A DNA stretch of 60,829 nucleotides from Deltaproteobacteria bacterium (GCA_016234855.1 JACRNO010000057.1:1-60829); one strand, 5' to 3'. Numbered from the stretch's first letter, positions 1 through 9,183 are shown. The notes: a model not told the origin generated them from the letters alone. Translations and numbers: made by a program.

Positions 1-26
1 GTATGTTCGTACCTGCCTCTGAACAT
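1..26 (-). CDS. mraZ: MraZ transcriptional regulator, 5' end only (runs off the window)
   Basis: Minus strand reads ATG TTC AGA GGC AGG TAC GAA CAT = MFRGRYEH, a typical MraZ N-terminus. AGAGGG SD upstream; MraZ boxes further upstream. Not in the ORF track. Confidence 0.85.
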
Positions 27-122
27 CTGTCCCTCTGAACCGGTTATATGCTATGAATAAAAGGTCTTGTTCTTGCTGAAAGGGGTTCACCGGCAACCAT
101 AAACCGCGGCTTATGCGCGGCC

Positions 123-170
123 ATACCACAAACCGATACTCCTATACCACTTTATACCACTTCATACCAC
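123..170 (-). promoter_or_regulatory. MraZ (dcw) binding boxes
   Basis: GTGGTAT direct repeats (ataccac on +) at 144-150, 154-160 and 164-170 with 10-bp period, plus a fourth at 123-129, between the promoter and the mraZ start. Confidence 0.8.
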
Positions 171-176
171 GCTCTG

Positions 177-204
177 ATTATACGCCGTGACAGATATTTG
201 TCAA
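177..204 (-). promoter_or_regulatory. sigma70 promoter of the mraZ/dcw operon
   Basis: TTGACA (199-204) - 16 nt - TATAAT (177-182) on the minus strand. Confidence 0.8.
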
Positions 205-411
205 GCGAAAAGATGGGTTTTTTTTCATTGAAATCAGCGTGTTAAACTGAGGTTTCGGACTGATGTAAGGCCAGCTTGAAAATGGGATTTGACAGAAGGG
301 TGATTCCAGAGAGGTATAACGGAGATTCTTTTGACTGCGAGTGGGTGTTTTTTATCAGGCGTGGAGAAAAAGGATGAGAGAGTTGACTAAAAAATCCGGC
401 AAGGCCTTGCA

Positions 412-843
412 TCAATACGGTCCTTCCGTTTGACCGGCATCAGCCACGACCATGGTCCCGGCCACACGGTCGCCGAGACGCGCGCCGCCTGCCTCGTCGG
501 TTATTATGCCGCCTACCTCCACCACGGTAAGGGCAATGGCGGCCAGACCGACGAGCAGCTTGCCGATGTAAGGGACCCAACCGAGGATGACGTAGATGAG
601 TATCAGCACGCCGAACTCAGCATTGCGCGCTATCGACCTTCTGATATCGCCGGATATGAGGATGTATAACGCGCCTGCAAGCACGCCGACGAACGAAGGA
701 AACGCGAAAAACGCGCCCACGATGAGCGCGTCAATGAGCTTGGCGATGAAGCGCTCGAGCAGTTCAGCCCGGACAAGGCCTGCCTCGCCTCCGTCCGTCG
801 CCGCGCCCGGCTCCAGCGGCTTAAATGAAAAGCCTTCAAGCAT
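412..843 (-). CDS. RDD-family membrane protein, apparently with an in-frame internal deletion
   Basis: RFIAKLID and RLGDRVAGTMVV motifs plus hydrophobic helices. The usual central GQSxGK segment is missing. Confidence 0.65.
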   Translation of the reverse strand: MLEGFSFKPLEPGAATDGGEAGLVRAELLERFIAKLIDALIVGAFFAFPSFVGVLAGALYILISGDIRRSIARNAEFGVLILIYVILGWVPYIGKLLVGLAAIALTVVEVGGIITDEAGGARLGDRVAGTMVVADAGQTEGPY

Positions 844-991
844 CAGGACTCCGTTATGCCGTTTGCACTACGCATACAAAGCCGCGCCTTTTTAATGAAA
901 GACCGACACCTGTTGTCAACGCCTTGTCGGCATCCACGCGCATGCCCGGCCTGTCGGTCTGAGATGCGCGGAATTTGCCCTTGTGTCTTTC

Positions 992-1065
992 GTAGCTCTG
1001 GGCTTCGGCCCTGAGATGAACGCCATTTCAACCGCCAACAAGACCAGACCTGAACCTCTGAACGC
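992..1065. repeat. Degenerate GTAG-type REP pair (REPIN)
   Basis: gtagctctgggcttcggccctgag ... cagacctgaacctctga; a decayed version of the 1345-1414 family. Confidence 0.55.
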
Positions 1066-1080
1066 ATCAGCCGCAAATTA

Positions 1081-1251
1081 CTACCCGCCGCTGACTTCCA
1101 TTATAAACAGGATAAACGCCATTGACGGACGCCGGGACGAGTCCCTCATGGCGAAGTGGATGCCCTCGAACTTCCAACCGTCCTTGACCGTAGCGTTGAT
1201 GGCAGCCTCCATATCAACGTCGGTCACGGTAGCCAGCTCAACGACCTTGTA
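1081..1251 (-). pseudogene. DUF4177-like small protein with no start codon at its conserved N-terminus
   Basis: Frame reads YKVVELATVTDVDMEAAINATVKDGWKFEGIHFAMRDSSRRPSMAFILFIMEVSGG*. An in-frame TAG lies four codons upstream of YKVV with no start codon between. Confidence 0.6.
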
Positions 1252-1344
1252 TAGGGCGGGCTATGCCCGCCAAAAGATAAACCTGCGCCGCCTGTAAACG
1301 GCTGGCGCACCCAGCCTACTCATGACATCACGAAATAGGTTTTT

Positions 1345-1414
1345 GTAGCTCAGGCCTTCAGGCCTGATGTCTCGCGTCCCGCTGCCATTTATCAGGGCTA
1401 AAGCCCTGAGCTAC
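1345..1414. repeat. GTAG-type REPIN
   Basis: GTAGCTCAGGCCTTCAGGCCTGA - spacer - TCAGGGCTAAAGCCCTGAGCTAC: two palindromes in inverted orientation. Confidence 0.85.
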
Positions 1415-1497
1415 AGCTCGCTGGATGTGCCCGACCTACCAAACCCTGCCAATTAGACATCTGATATACAACGGGCGTCCAGCCCACGCAAAATCCC

Positions 1498-2721
1498 TTA
1501 GCGCCTGTGCTCCTTACCGCCGCCAGCGGCCTTTTTCTTCTCGTCGCGCGCTGCCTTTGCGGCATCAGTCGGCTGATAGGTGCAAAACGGCTCTTCGTCC
1601 ATATAGTTTGACGTAAACGCGAAGGCCCTTGCCCTGCAACCGCCGCAGACCTTCCTGTACTCGCAGTAGCCGCACCTGCCGTTGTAATCGTCCCAGTTGC
1701 GCATCTCCTGAAAGACCTTGGAATTGTCCCAGATATCGTGGAACTGCTCTTTTCTTATATCGCCGCACTCCACGTCGAGGAAGCCGCATATCTGCACCTT
1801 GCCGGTGTTCGAGACAAACGCGAACGACTGGCCGCCCATGCAACCCTTGCTCATGGCGTCCATGCCGTGCGTCTCCGGCGTGACGGTTATGCCCTTTTCG
1901 CGCTCCTGCTGACGGAAGATGCGATAATAATGCGGGGCGCAGGTCGGCTTGAACTGGAGCGGCACCTTGTCCCTCATGTCGTAGAACCACTTAAGCGTCC
2001 TCTCGTACTCCTCCGGCGGTATCTCCTGGTCTTTCAACGCCGCGCCCCTGCCGGTCGGCACGAGCAGGAACGGATGGTGGGCCTTGGCCCCGAGGCTTAT
2101 GACAAGCTCGAGTATCTTGGGCAGCTCGGCCAGGTTATGTTTGGTTATGGTCGTGTTGACCTGAAAGTCCAGCCCGACCTTCTTTACGTTTTCTATGGCG
2201 GTCATGACGGATGCGAACGCGCCCTTGACGCGGCGGAAGTTATCGTGGCTCTCGGCGGTTGCGCCGTCTATTGAGAACGAGACGCGCTGGATGCCCGAAT
2301 CTATCATCTTCTGCGCGGTCTCTTCGGTCACGAGAAAGCCGCACGGCGCCATGACCATGCGCAGCCCCAGGTCGGTGCCGTACTTGGCAAGCTCCCATAT
2401 ATCGTCGCGCAGCATCGGCTCGCCGCCCGTCATGATCATGATCGGGTTTGAAAAGGAGGCCACGTCATCGAGGAACGCCTTGCACTCGGCGGTTGTAAGC
2501 TCGTTGGGATACGGGCCGAAACGCGCCGCGGCCCTGCAATGGATGCAGTCGAGGTTGCATGAGCGCGTAAGTTCCCATGCTATGAGTTTGGGAAGCCACT
2601 TCCTGCCGCCTGATTTATCTTCGCCGGGCTTGGCGCCCGGATGTCCGCCGTGACCGCCGTGTCCGCCGGGGTGGCCTCCCGGATGTCCGCCCGGATGTCC
2701 CTTTGGTTTTTCTCCGTGCAT
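1498..2721 (-). CDS. ahbD: Radical SAM heme b synthase (AhbD type)
   Basis: CNLDCIHC radical SAM motif, HHPFLLVPTGRG, C-terminal SPASM cysteines (CGYCEYRKVCGGCRARA), N-terminal GHPG repeats; lies near hemB and cobA-hemD. Confidence 0.8.
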   Translation of the reverse strand: MHGEKPKGHPGGHPGGHPGGHGGHGGHPGAKPGEDKSGGRKWLPKLIAWELTRSCNLDCIHCRAAARFGPYPNELTTAECKAFLDDVASFSNPIMIMTGGEPMLRDDIWELAKYGTDLGLRMVMAPCGFLVTEETAQKMIDSGIQRVSFSIDGATAESHDNFRRVKGAFASVMTAIENVKKVGLDFQVNTTITKHNLAELPKILELVISLGAKAHHPFLLVPTGRGAALKDQEIPPEEYERTLKWFYDMRDKVPLQFKPTCAPHYYRIFRQQEREKGITVTPETHGMDAMSKGCMGGQSFAFVSNTGKVQICGFLDVECGDIRKEQFHDIWDNSKVFQEMRNWDDYNGRCGYCEYRKVCGGCRARAFAFTSNYMDEEPFCTYQPTDAAKAARDEKKKAAGGGKEHRR

Positions 2722-2959
2722 GATGAGTTCTCCTTTTATTGATGCGCCAGATGCGCTTGATTATGGCCTGACATAGAGCCTTGCCTTACTGCTTCACACC
2801 AGTCTACTAAGTATATTTTTCTTTCAATGCCTCGCGTTCGGGAGGCATTGTTTCTTTAGCCATTTACTCAATTCCGTTAGTCGTTCCGATTCTTTATTAT
2901 TCTCATCGGCCATTACTTCCATCTCCCACAACTGACATTATTGCTCTTGATGCGCATGA

Positions 2960-3379
2960 CTACAGAGCAAGATAGTCACGCGGCCTCAATATCCGCAAAT
3001 CAAAAGGCAGCACACCCATATCAAGGAGGTCTTTATCACCGGTGACCAGATAATCCGTCTTAGCGGCAAAACAACATTCAAGGAGCATATTATCCGCCTC
3101 ATCGCGACAGAGCATAAACTTCCTGACCGGGTAAACAGTCTTTGCCACAGCCACGAAAGCGGCAATGCCTGATATCAGCGTCTTCAATTGTCTATGATTG
3201 ATCTTGTCTTCCTCCTCAAGCGTCAAAGGGACTTCCCGATATTCCTTTAGAAGCTCCGGCGACACATATACGGAGGCCTCTGCCAGCACCTTCCTAACCG
3301 CCGTCGCAGGGACCCCGCCAAATACAAAGGCGGAGATTACCACGCCGGTGTCAACGACAACCCCGCGCCTTCTCTTCGT
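2960..3379 (-). CDS. PIN-domain toxin (VapC-like), probable ACG start at 3379
   Basis: VVVDTGVVISA ... CRDEADNMLLEC ... LVTGDKDLL. The first conserved Asp lies upstream of the listed GTG (3343). An AGGAG SD sits 8 nt before the in-frame ACG. Confidence 0.8.
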   Translation of the reverse strand, partial: TKRRRGVVVDTGVVISAFVFGGVPATAVRKVLAEASVYVSPELLKEYREVPLTLEEEDKINHRQLKTLISGIAAFVAVAKTVYPVRKFMLCRDEADNMLLECCFAAKTDYLVTGDKDLLDMGVLPFDLRILRPRDYLAL

Positions 3380-3548
3380 AGGCCTTTCTCCTTATCTTCT
3401 TAACAGCGTTGTCGATGTCTTTTAAAGTCAGTGCGGTATTTTTGAAGGATGCCCGCGCAATCGTAAAGGCCGCATCAAGCCTGTCTTCAGGCGAAAGCGC
3501 CGAGAGTATATAATCTTCAGGATTGATTGTTTTCGTTACCGTCCGCAT
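3351..3548 (-). CDS. Putative antitoxin of the PIN toxin
   Basis: 65 aa, GGAGG SD, overlaps the toxin start; typical TA layout. Confidence 0.6.
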   Translation of the reverse strand: MRTVTKTINPEDYILSALSPEDRLDAAFTIARASFKNTALTLKDIDNAVKKIRRKAYEEKARGCR

Positions 3549-3561
3549 CGTATCACCTCCC

Positions 3562-4542
3562 TTACCCAGCCTTCCTCATCACCTTTGCCGCCTCTTTGGC
3601 GAAGTATGTGATTATCATATCCGCTCCGGCGCGCCTTATTGACATGAGCGACTCCATCATCGCCCTGTCGTGGTCGAGCCAGCCCGCGGCCGCCGCGGCC
3701 TTTATCATCGAAAACTCGCCGCTTACGTTGTAGGCCGCCGTGGGATAGCCGAATTCCGTTTTGATGCGCCTTATTATATCGAGGTACGGCAGGGCCGGTT
3801 TGACCATCACGATATCCGCGCCCTCTTCTATGTCGAGCGCGACCTCGCGGAGCGCCTCTTCCGCATTCGCCGGGTCCATCTGATAGCTTCTCCTGTCCCC
3901 GAACTGCGGCGTCGACTCGGCAGCGTCGCGGAAAGGCCCGTAGAAGGCCGACGAATACTTTGCAGCGTAGCTCATTATCGGCGTGTCGTCATAACCCTCG
4001 TCGTCAAGCGCGCCCCTGATGGCGGCAACCCTGCCGTCCATCATATCGGAGGGCGCGACGATATCCGCGCCCGCCTTGACGTGCGAAAGCGCCTCCTCAC
4101 AGAGGAGCTCCAGCGTCGAGTCGTTGTCAACGTCGCCATCTTTTATGATACCACAGTGGCCGTGCGAAGTATATTCGCACATGCAGACGTCGGTTATGAC
4201 CTGCACCTGAGGATATTTATCCTTTATCGCGGCAATCGCCTCCTGCACCGGGCCGTGCGGGTCGTTCGCGCTCGAGCCGGTTGCGTCCTTATGCTCGGGT
4301 ATGCCGAAGAGGAGCACGGACGGTATGCCGAGCGAGACGACCTCTTTCATCTCCTTCCTGATGTTATCGACCGAGAGCTGCGCGTGCCCGGGCATCGACT
4401 TTATAGGCTTTGTAATGCCCTTGCCGTGCGTAACGAACAGGGGCAGTATCAGGTCGGAGACGTTCAGGTCCGTCTCCCTGACCATCTCCCTGATGGTTGG
4501 GTTCTTTCTGAGCCTGCGAAGCCGGTAGATTGGGAAGTTCAT
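3562..4542 (-). CDS. hemB: Porphobilinogen synthase (ALA dehydratase)
   Basis: [42 protein letters not shown]. Confidence 0.97.
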   Translation of the reverse strand: MNFPIYRLRRLRKNPTIREMVRETDLNVSDLILPLFVTHGKGITKPIKSMPGHAQLSVDNIRKEMKEVVSLGIPSVLLFGIPEHKDATGSSANDPHGPVQEAIAAIKDKYPQVQVITDVCMCEYTSHGHCGIIKDGDVDNDSTLELLCEEALSHVKAGADIVAPSDMMDGRVAAIRGALDDEGYDDTPIMSYAAKYSSAFYGPFRDAAESTPQFGDRRSYQMDPANAEEALREVALDIEEGADIVMVKPALPYLDIIRRIKTEFGYPTAAYNVSGEFSMIKAAAAAGWLDHDRAMMESLMSIRRAGADMIITYFAKEAAKVMRKAG

Positions 4543-4582
4543 TACGTATTCTCCTTGAGGTAACGTTTGCCGAACCGATTAA

Positions 4583-5197
4583 CTACGGATAACGAAGAGG
4601 ATGTTTCATTTCTAACTCTTTCGACTCTGACATTTCACCGTTCTCATTATTAAGGTCATGAAAACGACACTGAAATTCGCACTCGGGTTTCGTGCTAACA
4701 CGGCGAATCTCTATAACGCCTACGGGGCGATTGTCCTTTCTGTTTTCCTTATAGAATTTCTTGATATTACTAACCGTTTTTTCGGCTTGTTTAATTCCGC
4801 GTCTACCATCAATACGAGTTTGAATAATCGCCAACCCCACCTTGGCTGCCACACTCTGACTCAGGAGTTTATTAAAGTCACCATACGGGAACTTCTTCTC
4901 GACCTTGTTACTATCCCATTCCCACTCAATGGCTAAATCCATCGGACCTTTTCTGTCTTTTTTATTTCTCCATATAGCCGCGTCAAGTCTGGGCGAGCGG
5001 CTTTCGTCCGACATAGGTAATTCGAAACAATATAGGTTATAATCCAATTTTTCCACGACCCATTCGGACAGATACTTACTCCATGCTGCACCAGCATGCT
5101 TATCCCCATTTTTTACTATGCGCGGCACTGACGGAGCAAACGATATCTCAAACTCCTTTACAAACTCATCAAGTATCTCTCGGCCTTGGTTGCTCAT
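4583..5197 (-). CDS. AT-rich hypothetical protein, possible PD-(D/E)XK nuclease fold
   Basis: 204 aa ORF visibly more AT-rich than its neighbours; E...RLDAAIW...DLAIEWEW acidic motif followed by GDFNKLL. Confidence 0.5.
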   Translation of the reverse strand: MSNQGREILDEFVKEFEISFAPSVPRIVKNGDKHAGAAWSKYLSEWVVEKLDYNLYCFELPMSDESRSPRLDAAIWRNKKDRKGPMDLAIEWEWDSNKVEKKFPYGDFNKLLSQSVAAKVGLAIIQTRIDGRRGIKQAEKTVSNIKKFYKENRKDNRPVGVIEIRRVSTKPECEFQCRFHDLNNENGEMSESKELEMKHPLRYP

Positions 5198-5216
5198 ACA
5201 GGATGCCCCCTATTCT

Positions 5217-5286
5217 GTGGCGTCAGGAGTTTCCTCCTGACGCCCTGCCAAGCCGTATGCAGTAGGGAGGAAACTCCCGACTGCAC
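5217..5286. repeat. REP-like inverted palindrome pair
   Basis: gtggcgtcaggagtttcctcctgacgcc ... gtagggaggaaactcccgactgcac. Confidence 0.6.
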
Positions 5287-5300
5287 GAAAACCAGCCACC

Positions 5301-6833
5301 TCACCGCCCTCTGTAATACTCCGCCATCGCCTCTGCAAGCGCGGGCACGGTGTACGCCTTTGGCATCACGTCCACGTTAAGGCCGAGCTCACGGGCGGTG
5401 TCGGCGGTTATGGGGCCTATGCAGGCGACTTTGACTCCGGCCATCAATCGGGAAAGCTCCTGCTTTGTAAAATTCTTCGCAAAGTTCGTGACGGTCGAAG
5501 ACGAGGTAAACGTCACCATGTCGATTAAGCCGTCAGCCAACTCTTTCTTCAAGACCCCGGCCTCTTTGCGCGGACGTATCGTCTTATATGCCGGGCATAC
5601 GTCTATCTTTCCGCCGAGCCGCTTTATCTCAACAGGCAATATCTCGCGCGCCTGCATGGCGCGGGCAAGGAGAAAGCGCCTGCCCTTTATCGACTTCTTG
5701 CCAAGCGCCGAGATTATCGCCTCTGCCCGGTACTCCTTTGGCGTAAGGCTGACGTTAAGCCCGAGGGCTACTATCGCCTCTTCGGTGCGCGGCCCGATAG
5801 CACAGAGCTTTACGCCTTTTAACTCCCTTAAATCATAACCAAGAAAACGCAGCCGCTCAAAGAAATATTTTACACCGTTTACGCTTGTAAATATAGCCCA
5901 GTCATAAGACGAAAGCCTCTTTATGGCCGCGTCAAGCGGCTTCCACGCGGGCGGGGCAACAGTCTTAATCGTCGGAAATGTCACAGGCTCCGCCCCCTCT
6001 GCCTCAAGGAGCGCGGTAAACGCGCCTGCCTGCTCAAGTGCGCGCGTTACAACGATGCGCCTGCCGAAGAGCGGCTTGGTCTCGAACCAGTTGAGCCTCT
6101 CGCGCAGCCCCACCACGTCCCCGACCACGGTAATGACCGGCGGCTTTATGCCTGCCGTCTCGGCAAGCGATATGATGTTGTCCAGCCTGCCAACGACGCA
6201 CTCCTGCTTGGTGAGCGTGCCCCAACGAACAAGGGCGACCGGCGTTGCGACGTCCCAGCCGTTGGCCATGAGCTTGGTCATGATAAACGGCAGGTTCTTC
6301 CACCCCATAAGGAAGACGAGCGTGCCGCGCCCGGTCGAGAGCTTGTCCCACGCGATGTTTGAACGCTCCTTCAGAGGGTCTTCCTGCCCGGTTACGAAGG
6401 TAACGGACGAGGCAAGGTCCCTGTGCGTAAGGGGTATACCGGCGTAAGCGGGCGCGGCCACCGCCGAGGTCACGCCCGGGACTATCTCGAACATAAGCCC
6501 GGCCTTGCGTATCTCCTCAGCCTCCTCCGCGCCCCTGCCGAAGACAAACGGGTCGCCGCCCTTTAGCCGGACGACCAGCTTGCCCGCCTTTGCCTTCTTT
6601 ATAATGAGGGCGGTTATCTCGTCCTGCGCTATCGTTTTGGCAGAGCCTTTCTTGCCGACGTAAATGTGTTCGCTGCCCGGCTTTGCATATTCAAGCAGAC
6701 GCGCATTGGCGAGGAAATCATATATTACGCAATCGGCGCGGTTCAAGACCGCGACGGCCTTTACCGTTATAAGACCGGGGTCGCCCGGCCCTGCCCCGAC
6801 CAGATATACCTTTACGCCCTTCTTCTCAGCCAT
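5301..6833 (-). CDS. cobA: Fused uroporphyrinogen-III C-methyltransferase / uroporphyrinogen-III synthase (CobA-HemD)
   Basis: VYLVGAGPGDPGL and RLKGGDPFVFGRG, then a HemD domain (FTSVNGV, TFTSSSTV, CIGPITA). Confidence 0.95.
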   Translation of the reverse strand: MAEKKGVKVYLVGAGPGDPGLITVKAVAVLNRADCVIYDFLANARLLEYAKPGSEHIYVGKKGSAKTIAQDEITALIIKKAKAGKLVVRLKGGDPFVFGRGAEEAEEIRKAGLMFEIVPGVTSAVAAPAYAGIPLTHRDLASSVTFVTGQEDPLKERSNIAWDKLSTGRGTLVFLMGWKNLPFIMTKLMANGWDVATPVALVRWGTLTKQECVVGRLDNIISLAETAGIKPPVITVVGDVVGLRERLNWFETKPLFGRRIVVTRALEQAGAFTALLEAEGAEPVTFPTIKTVAPPAWKPLDAAIKRLSSYDWAIFTSVNGVKYFFERLRFLGYDLRELKGVKLCAIGPRTEEAIVALGLNVSLTPKEYRAEAIISALGKKSIKGRRFLLARAMQAREILPVEIKRLGGKIDVCPAYKTIRPRKEAGVLKKELADGLIDMVTFTSSSTVTNFAKNFTKQELSRLMAGVKVACIGPITADTARELGLNVDVMPKAYTVPALAEAMAEYYRGR

Positions 6834-6964
6834 GTGCCTCCCCTGCTAAAAAAATACCAGACCATGATTAATAAACCCGTAACAGGTTCGTTATAAAAAG
6901 ATTAAAAAGACAAGTTCCGGCATTATAACAGAACCGGCACGGTCATGGCAATCAGACTCTCATG

Positions 6965-7015
6965 TTGACAATCACCCCTTGACAAGTTGACAAAGACAAG
7001 ATAAATTGTTGTCAA
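6965..7015 (+). promoter_or_regulatory. Leaderless sigma70 promoter with repeated TTGACAA operator-like boxes
   Basis: TTGACA (6979-84) - 17 nt - TAAATT (7002-07) - 7 nt - ATG 7015, no SD. TTGACAA at 6965, 6979 and 6987; inverted TTGTCAA at 7009-7015. Confidence 0.65.
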
Positions 7016-8058
7016 TGGGAACGCACTCAACAACAGAAGAGATAAAAAGGTTTATAATAAACAATGTCGAGGCGCATCCGGCTGACCTGACCGCTATTAC
7101 GGCAAAGACCTTCGGGATTTCCAGACAGGCGGTCAACCGTCATCTGCAAGGGATGCTCAAAGAGGGCGCGCTGCGCGCCGAAGGCGCGACCCGCAACAGA
7201 AAATATTTTCTAAAACCGGTTATTGAAGAGACGTTTATAATATCTATAAAGCCCGGACTTCAAGAAGACAAGGTCTGGCGCGAGATGATAGAGCCGTTGC
7301 TGAAGGGCGTTAAAGAAAACGTATTGAATATCTGCTATTACGGTTTTACAGAGATGCTTAATAATGTATTTGACCATGCCGAGGCGAAGAAAGCCGTCAT
7401 TCATTTTGAGAGATATCTGAACGGGATATACATCTGGGTGATTGATAACGGCGTTGGTATCTTCAACAAGATTGCCGGAAAATTCCACCTTGATGACCAG
7501 AGACACGCGATACTGGAGCTCTCGAAAGGCAAATTGACCACAGACCCAAAGCAACATACAGGCCAGGGTATTTTTTTCACATCAAGGGCGTTTGACGCCT
7601 TCGACATCTTGTCAGGGAGACTGATATTAGCCACCCGGCAAGAGAAAGACTGGTTACTGGAAGAACCTTCCGATGGGACAGATATCAAAGGCACTGAAAT
7701 AGTCATGAAAATAAGCACAGGCTCTGAAAGGACGCTCAAAGACGTCTTCGACAGATTCGTCGACGTTGACTATGGATTTACAAAGACCATCGTGCCGGTT
7801 GACCTCGTCAGATATGGCGCAGAAACCCTTGTCTCGCGCTCACAGGCCAAGCGACTGATGGCGCGGCTCGAACTCTTCAAAGAAGCACTGCTTGATTTTG
7901 AGGGTGTGCCATCAATCGGGCAGGCGTTTACCGACGAAATCTTCAGGGTCTATCAGAACGCGCACCCCGAGATCAAGATTCAATATTGCAACGCGACCGA
8001 AGAAGTGGAGAAGATGATAAAGATGGTAAAGACGGAAGCAACGCGCAAGGCTGAATAA
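7015..8058 (+). CDS. Winged-HTH + HATPase (GHKL) + STAS-like (DUF4325) protein
   Basis: FGISRQAVNRHL HTH; TEMLNNVFDH (N box), IDNGVGI (G1), GQGIFFTS (G2); C-terminal LVSRSQAKRL...LDFEGVPSIGQAFTDEIFR. Confidence 0.8.
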   Translation: MGTHSTTEEIKRFIINNVEAHPADLTAITAKTFGISRQAVNRHLQGMLKEGALRAEGATRNRKYFLKPVIEETFIISIKPGLQEDKVWREMIEPLLKGVKENVLNICYYGFTEMLNNVFDHAEAKKAVIHFERYLNGIYIWVIDNGVGIFNKIAGKFHLDDQRHAILELSKGKLTTDPKQHTGQGIFFTSRAFDAFDILSGRLILATRQEKDWLLEEPSDGTDIKGTEIVMKISTGSERTLKDVFDRFVDVDYGFTKTIVPVDLVRYGAETLVSRSQAKRLMARLELFKEALLDFEGVPSIGQAFTDEIFRVYQNAHPEIKIQYCNATEEVEKMIKMVKTEATRKAE

Positions 8059-8073
8059 GGAGAACTTACACAA

Positions 8074-9183
8074 ATGATTATCGGCGTCCCAAAAGAGATC
8101 AAAGAAGCTGAATTCCGCGTGGCAGTTGTTCCTGCGGGCGTAAAGGCCTTGACCAATGCGGGGCATACCGTGCTAGTTGAGAAGGGCGCGGGACTTGCCA
8201 GCGCCATACCGGACGCGGAATACGAGAACGCCGGTGCAACGGTCTGCGCAACCGCCGAAGAGGTATGGCAGCGCTCAGCCCTCATATTAAAAGTGAAAGA
8301 GCCGAGGCCGGAGGAGTATCGCTACTTCCGCGAAGGCCTTTGCATATTCACCTTCTTTCACCTGGCCGCAAACCCGGCCCTGGCCGATGAAATGTTAAAG
8401 ACCGGGGTGACCGGCATCGCTTACGAGACTATCGTGCTCAACGACGGCTCGCTCCCCATACTCTCGCCCATGAGCGAGGTCGCGGGAAGGCTCGCCATAC
8501 TCGCGGGCAGCCATCATCTGATGAAGCCGTACGGCGGCAGGGGCGTGCTACTGCCCGGAGTACCCGGGGTCGAGGCGGGCCGCGTCGTGATACTCGGCGC
8601 AGGCGTGGTCGGCCAAAACGCGCTTAAGATGGCCGTGGGCCTGGGCGGCCAGGTAACGGTAATCGACGCAAAGATTCAGGCGCTTCGTCGAATAGACGAC
8701 ATCTACGCAGGGCGCGTTACGACGCTCGTCTCCAACCCTCACAATATCGAAGAGACCGTCACCAGGGCCGACCTGGTGGTCGGCGCGGTCCACATACCAG
8801 GCGCGCGCACCCCGGCCCTTGTAACGCGAAAGCTGGTCTCGGCCATGAAAAAAGGAGCGGTCATAGTGGACGTCTCCATCGACCAGGGCGGGTGCATCGA
8901 GACCATCCGCCCGACCACGCACACGGAGCCGGTATATGAGGTAGACGGCGTAATACACTACGGAGTGACCAATATGCCAGGGGCCGTGCCACGCACGTCA
9001 ACCTTCGCGCTTACGAATGCGACCCTGCCATACGTCATGAGCCTTATTGCCAACGGCCCGCTCAAGGCCGCAACGGGAAACCCGGCCATTGAAAGGGGCG
9101 TCAACATCCATAACCACAAGGTCACTCACGCCACGGTCGCCTCTGCCCTCAATACGGCTTACACCCCGCTGCACAAGACGTAG
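8074..9183 (+). CDS. ald: Alanine dehydrogenase
   Basis: [46 protein letters not shown]. Confidence 0.95.
   Translation: MIIGVPKEIKEAEFRVAVVPAGVKALTNAGHTVLVEKGAGLASAIPDAEYENAGATVCATAEEVWQRSALILKVKEPRPEEYRYFREGLCIFTFFHLAANPALADEMLKTGVTGIAYETIVLNDGSLPILSPMSEVAGRLAILAGSHHLMKPYGGRGVLLPGVPGVEAGRVVILGAGVVGQNALKMAVGLGGQVTVIDAKIQALRRIDDIYAGRVTTLVSNPHNIEETVTRADLVVGAVHIPGARTPALVTRKLVSAMKKGAVIVDVSIDQGGCIETIRPTTHTEPVYEVDGVIHYGVTNMPGAVPRTSTFALTNATLPYVMSLIANGPLKAATGNPAIERGVNIHNHKVTHATVASALNTAYTPLHKT

Noticed and set aside
289-320. TTGACA...TATAAC on the plus strand as a divergent promoter
   Set aside because: The spacer is 20 nt and no plus-strand gene follows.
205-410. Possible rnpB or other ncRNA upstream of mraZ
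   Set aside because: No RNase P conserved segments or convincing stems are visible.
2722-2959. AT-rich spacer as a gene remnant
   Set aside because: Only short frames with stops and no recognisable family.
3670-4563. Long antisense or alternative-frame ORFs (also 11747-12619, 24064-25176, 40804-42042, 50476-51375, 58119-59099)
   Set aside because: They overlap well-supported genes, have no motifs and are expected from GC-rich codon bias.
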